Positions 61,797 to 64,000 of a stretch of 64,000 nt of DNA are shown in pieces. Source of the DNA: Podarcis liolepis. Taxonomy: Eukaryota. Each line of letters starts with the position of its first letter. Within the stretch, counting starts at the first letter, position 1. The position numbers and the translations under genes are program-made. Where the stretch lies: NCBI GenBank assembly GCA_965112155.1, contig OZ218100.1; one strand, 5' to 3'. A model generated the notes under the pieces. The model saw only the letters and a program-made list of their open reading frames with translations, made no database searches and was not told the DNA's origin.

Positions 61797-62018
61797 CAAG
61801 GGGTGGAGAAGCTCTGACCCACAAGTTAAATTGGGCCTGCCCATTTGGCCCATGAGGATGTTTTCCAAGACCCACCTGCCCCACACCTGATATATGTGAC
61901 ATCATGTGTGGGGCAATTGGAGATGTGCCTGGTCTTGCTCACCTGTCAGGGTGCCTGTTTATTGCAGGGGGAGGGATAAAGATCTGGTCTGCTGAGCCAA
62001 AAAGGTTCCCCACCCCTG
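61797..62018. mobile_element. Degraded hAT-Charlie-type MITE
   Basis: AGGGGTGGAGAAGCT ... AGGTTCCCCACCCCTG ends. Confidence 0.6.
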
Positions 62019-63184
62019 CTATGGGAAGCCCAAGCAAACAAATGAGTTTTTAATAAACGTTGGAAGCACATAAACAGTCATTGCCTCTGAATGACAGGAG
62101 AGCAGGCATTCCATAACATAGGTACCACTACAGAGAAGGACCTTTGCTTGAGGTTGCTGCCAGATGACATTATACAGGTTGCGGCTCCATCAGCTAGAAC
62201 TTCTCTGAAGATTTGTGTGCATTGTGCAGTCCTCTGTACAGTATTCTAGCCACCAAATTCTGCACCAGCTGCAGCTTCTGAACCAAGCTTGAGGGCATAT
62301 AGAAACAGCAAATTTGGATTTTTGGCCCACTCTTTACTCAAGGAGCTCAGGAGAGCATATGCAACCATTAACCCATGTTGCCTTTCCTACAGCCCTCTGA
62401 GGTAAGTGAAGCTGAGAGATGGCAGCTGAACTTACTCAAGGCCTCTTAGCAACTCAAGTGTCATGGCTGAGTAGAGATTTGAACTTGACCTTCCCATACC
62501 CAGCTTTTAAGCTTCTGCATCAAAGGAAGCCTCTCCAAAAGTCACTCTGTCAAAGTGACGCCTGGTCACCCAGCCAGTTGCCCATCCACCAAAACACTTA
62601 GCCTGCACATCATTCATGTCCCGTTTCCACAGCTGGATATATTGGGCATTACAGACCCACAGAGCCCTGCCTGCCTTCTTTGCTTCACAGCTCGGAGGTC
62701 CGTCATGCTGGAAGTCCCCAGCCTCCCAGCATGACAGAATCCTGCTTTCTAGCAGATGCACAAATCCCAAGGACACTTCGTCTTGCAACTCACACAAATC
62801 CAGTGGTTGTGATGCTGGCACAGTGAGGTTGCAATTCAGAGGGAAAACTTGAAGACTCTGAACGAGTCTGCCTAGGTTTCTGAGTAGGCACGTAGTTGAC
62901 TCCAGGTAAGGGTGTGCTCAGAATATTAAAAACAAGATACATATCAGTCTCAGTGCCCTGAAGGGTGTGTTGCCTTCTTAGTCTCTCACACAGAGAGAAT
63001 GCTCCAATTAGTATGACTCAGGTGTTATCATGCAATGCTTCTTACTCATAACACCCCACCTCGCTGGTGTCATTCTGATATTATGGCATGCCTCGGAGAG
63101 AAACTATTTGAGAAAGACGATGATGTCAAATAACAAGTGGTAATTTTAGACAAGTCATCTTATCTGGGTGCACAGCGTTAAATA

Positions 63185-63459
63185 CAGTGGTACCTCAGGT
63201 TAAGAACTTAATTCGTTCTGGAGGTCCGTTCTTAACCTGAAACTGTTCTTAACCTGAGGTACCACTTTAGCTAATGGGGCCTCCCGCTGCTGCTGCGCGA
63301 TTTCTGTTCTCATCCTGAAGCAGAGTTCTTAACCCGAGGTACTATTTCTGGGTTAGCGGAGTCTGTAACCTGAAGCATCTGTAACCTAAGGTAAAGGTAA
63401 AGGGACCCCTGACCATTAGGTCCAGTCATGGCCGGCTCTGGGCTTGCGGTGCTCCACTG
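63185..63459. mobile_element. Tc1/mariner-pogo-type MITE with a Sauria SINE fragment inside its right TIR
   Basis: TA|CAGTGGTACCTCAGGTTAAG ... TAACCTAAGGTA[SINE]CACTG|TA. Confidence 0.88.
63388..63454 (-). mobile_element. Heavily 5'-truncated Sauria SINE (3' ~65 bp)
   Basis: AAGGTAAAGGTAAAGGGACCCCTGACCATTAGGTCCAGTC matches 1635-1695. Confidence 0.88.
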
Positions 63460-63884
63460 TATTATTTTTCCTACACACAGCCTGCTAATGTGCATCGCTT
63501 ACTTTGATTCTCTGTAACCTATGTCCAGTGGAGTATTCTGTGCAGGAGGTGGATTGGATAAGGATCTTGTACCTCCTGAATGGCAATGCCACCCAGGCAT
63601 GGTTCCTGTACCATTAAAAGTCTGTGGCAGACATAAATTCAACAGGAGCGGTTTCTCCTACTGTCGATGCAGTGATGAAGAAATCTTCACCTGTTGGGGT
63701 ATTTTCATGCCACGTGAACCCCTTCCACCTCCCCAGTGACAACCTCACCAAAAGACCTATAATTGTATAAAATTACCATGCAAATCCTGATTTGCATTTC
63801 ATTCCTGGCAAGGCCACAATCAAGACAGGAATGTCATCTACAGGGAAGGAGGATGTGGCAACTGTTTGCAGTGTCCTCTGACGA

Positions 63885-63937
63885 TCTCTCTCTCTCTCTC
63901 TCTCTCACTCACTCACACACACACACACACACACACT
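63885..63937. repeat. Compound (TC)n(AC)n microsatellite
   Basis: Directly visible. Confidence 0.9.
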
Positions 63938-64000
63938 TACCCTTTCTGTTTGATGTCATCTTCCTTCAATTGCAGACTAAACACATGTCTTTCTCATGCA

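Overview
Vertebrate genomic DNA from a squamate reptile, probably a lacertid lizard given the Podarcis-type Sauria SINEs and the BovB fragment. It covers the amniote syntenic block SLC35F3 - COA6 - TARBP1, which in human continues to IRF2BP2 (not in this window). I reconstructed by hand the last three coding exons of SLC35F3 (+), the complete COA6 gene (+, 79 aa core, CpG-island NRF1/ETS promoter) and the complete 30-exon TARBP1 gene (-, 4794 nt CDS, 1597 aa, all GT-AG introns with consistent phases). The remaining ~18 kb has no intact host gene. Introns and intergenic DNA carry Sauria SINEs, tRNA-derived SINEs, CR1, BovB and L1-like fragments, many TA-target (Tc1/mariner-pogo) and 8-bp-TSD (hAT) MITEs, and a decayed SGNH-hydrolase ORF probably from an Ngaro/DIRS-type retroelement. 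I found no convincing new multi-gene system. The best leads are regulatory: two upstream ATGs in COA6 exon 1, a very tight COA6/TARBP1 tail-to-tail arrangement, an orphan TATA/CCAAT promoter, two co-oriented extended CTCF sites, and TEs carrying promoter motifs or a sense poly(A) signal inside TARBP1. All identifications come from recalled homology, not database searches.
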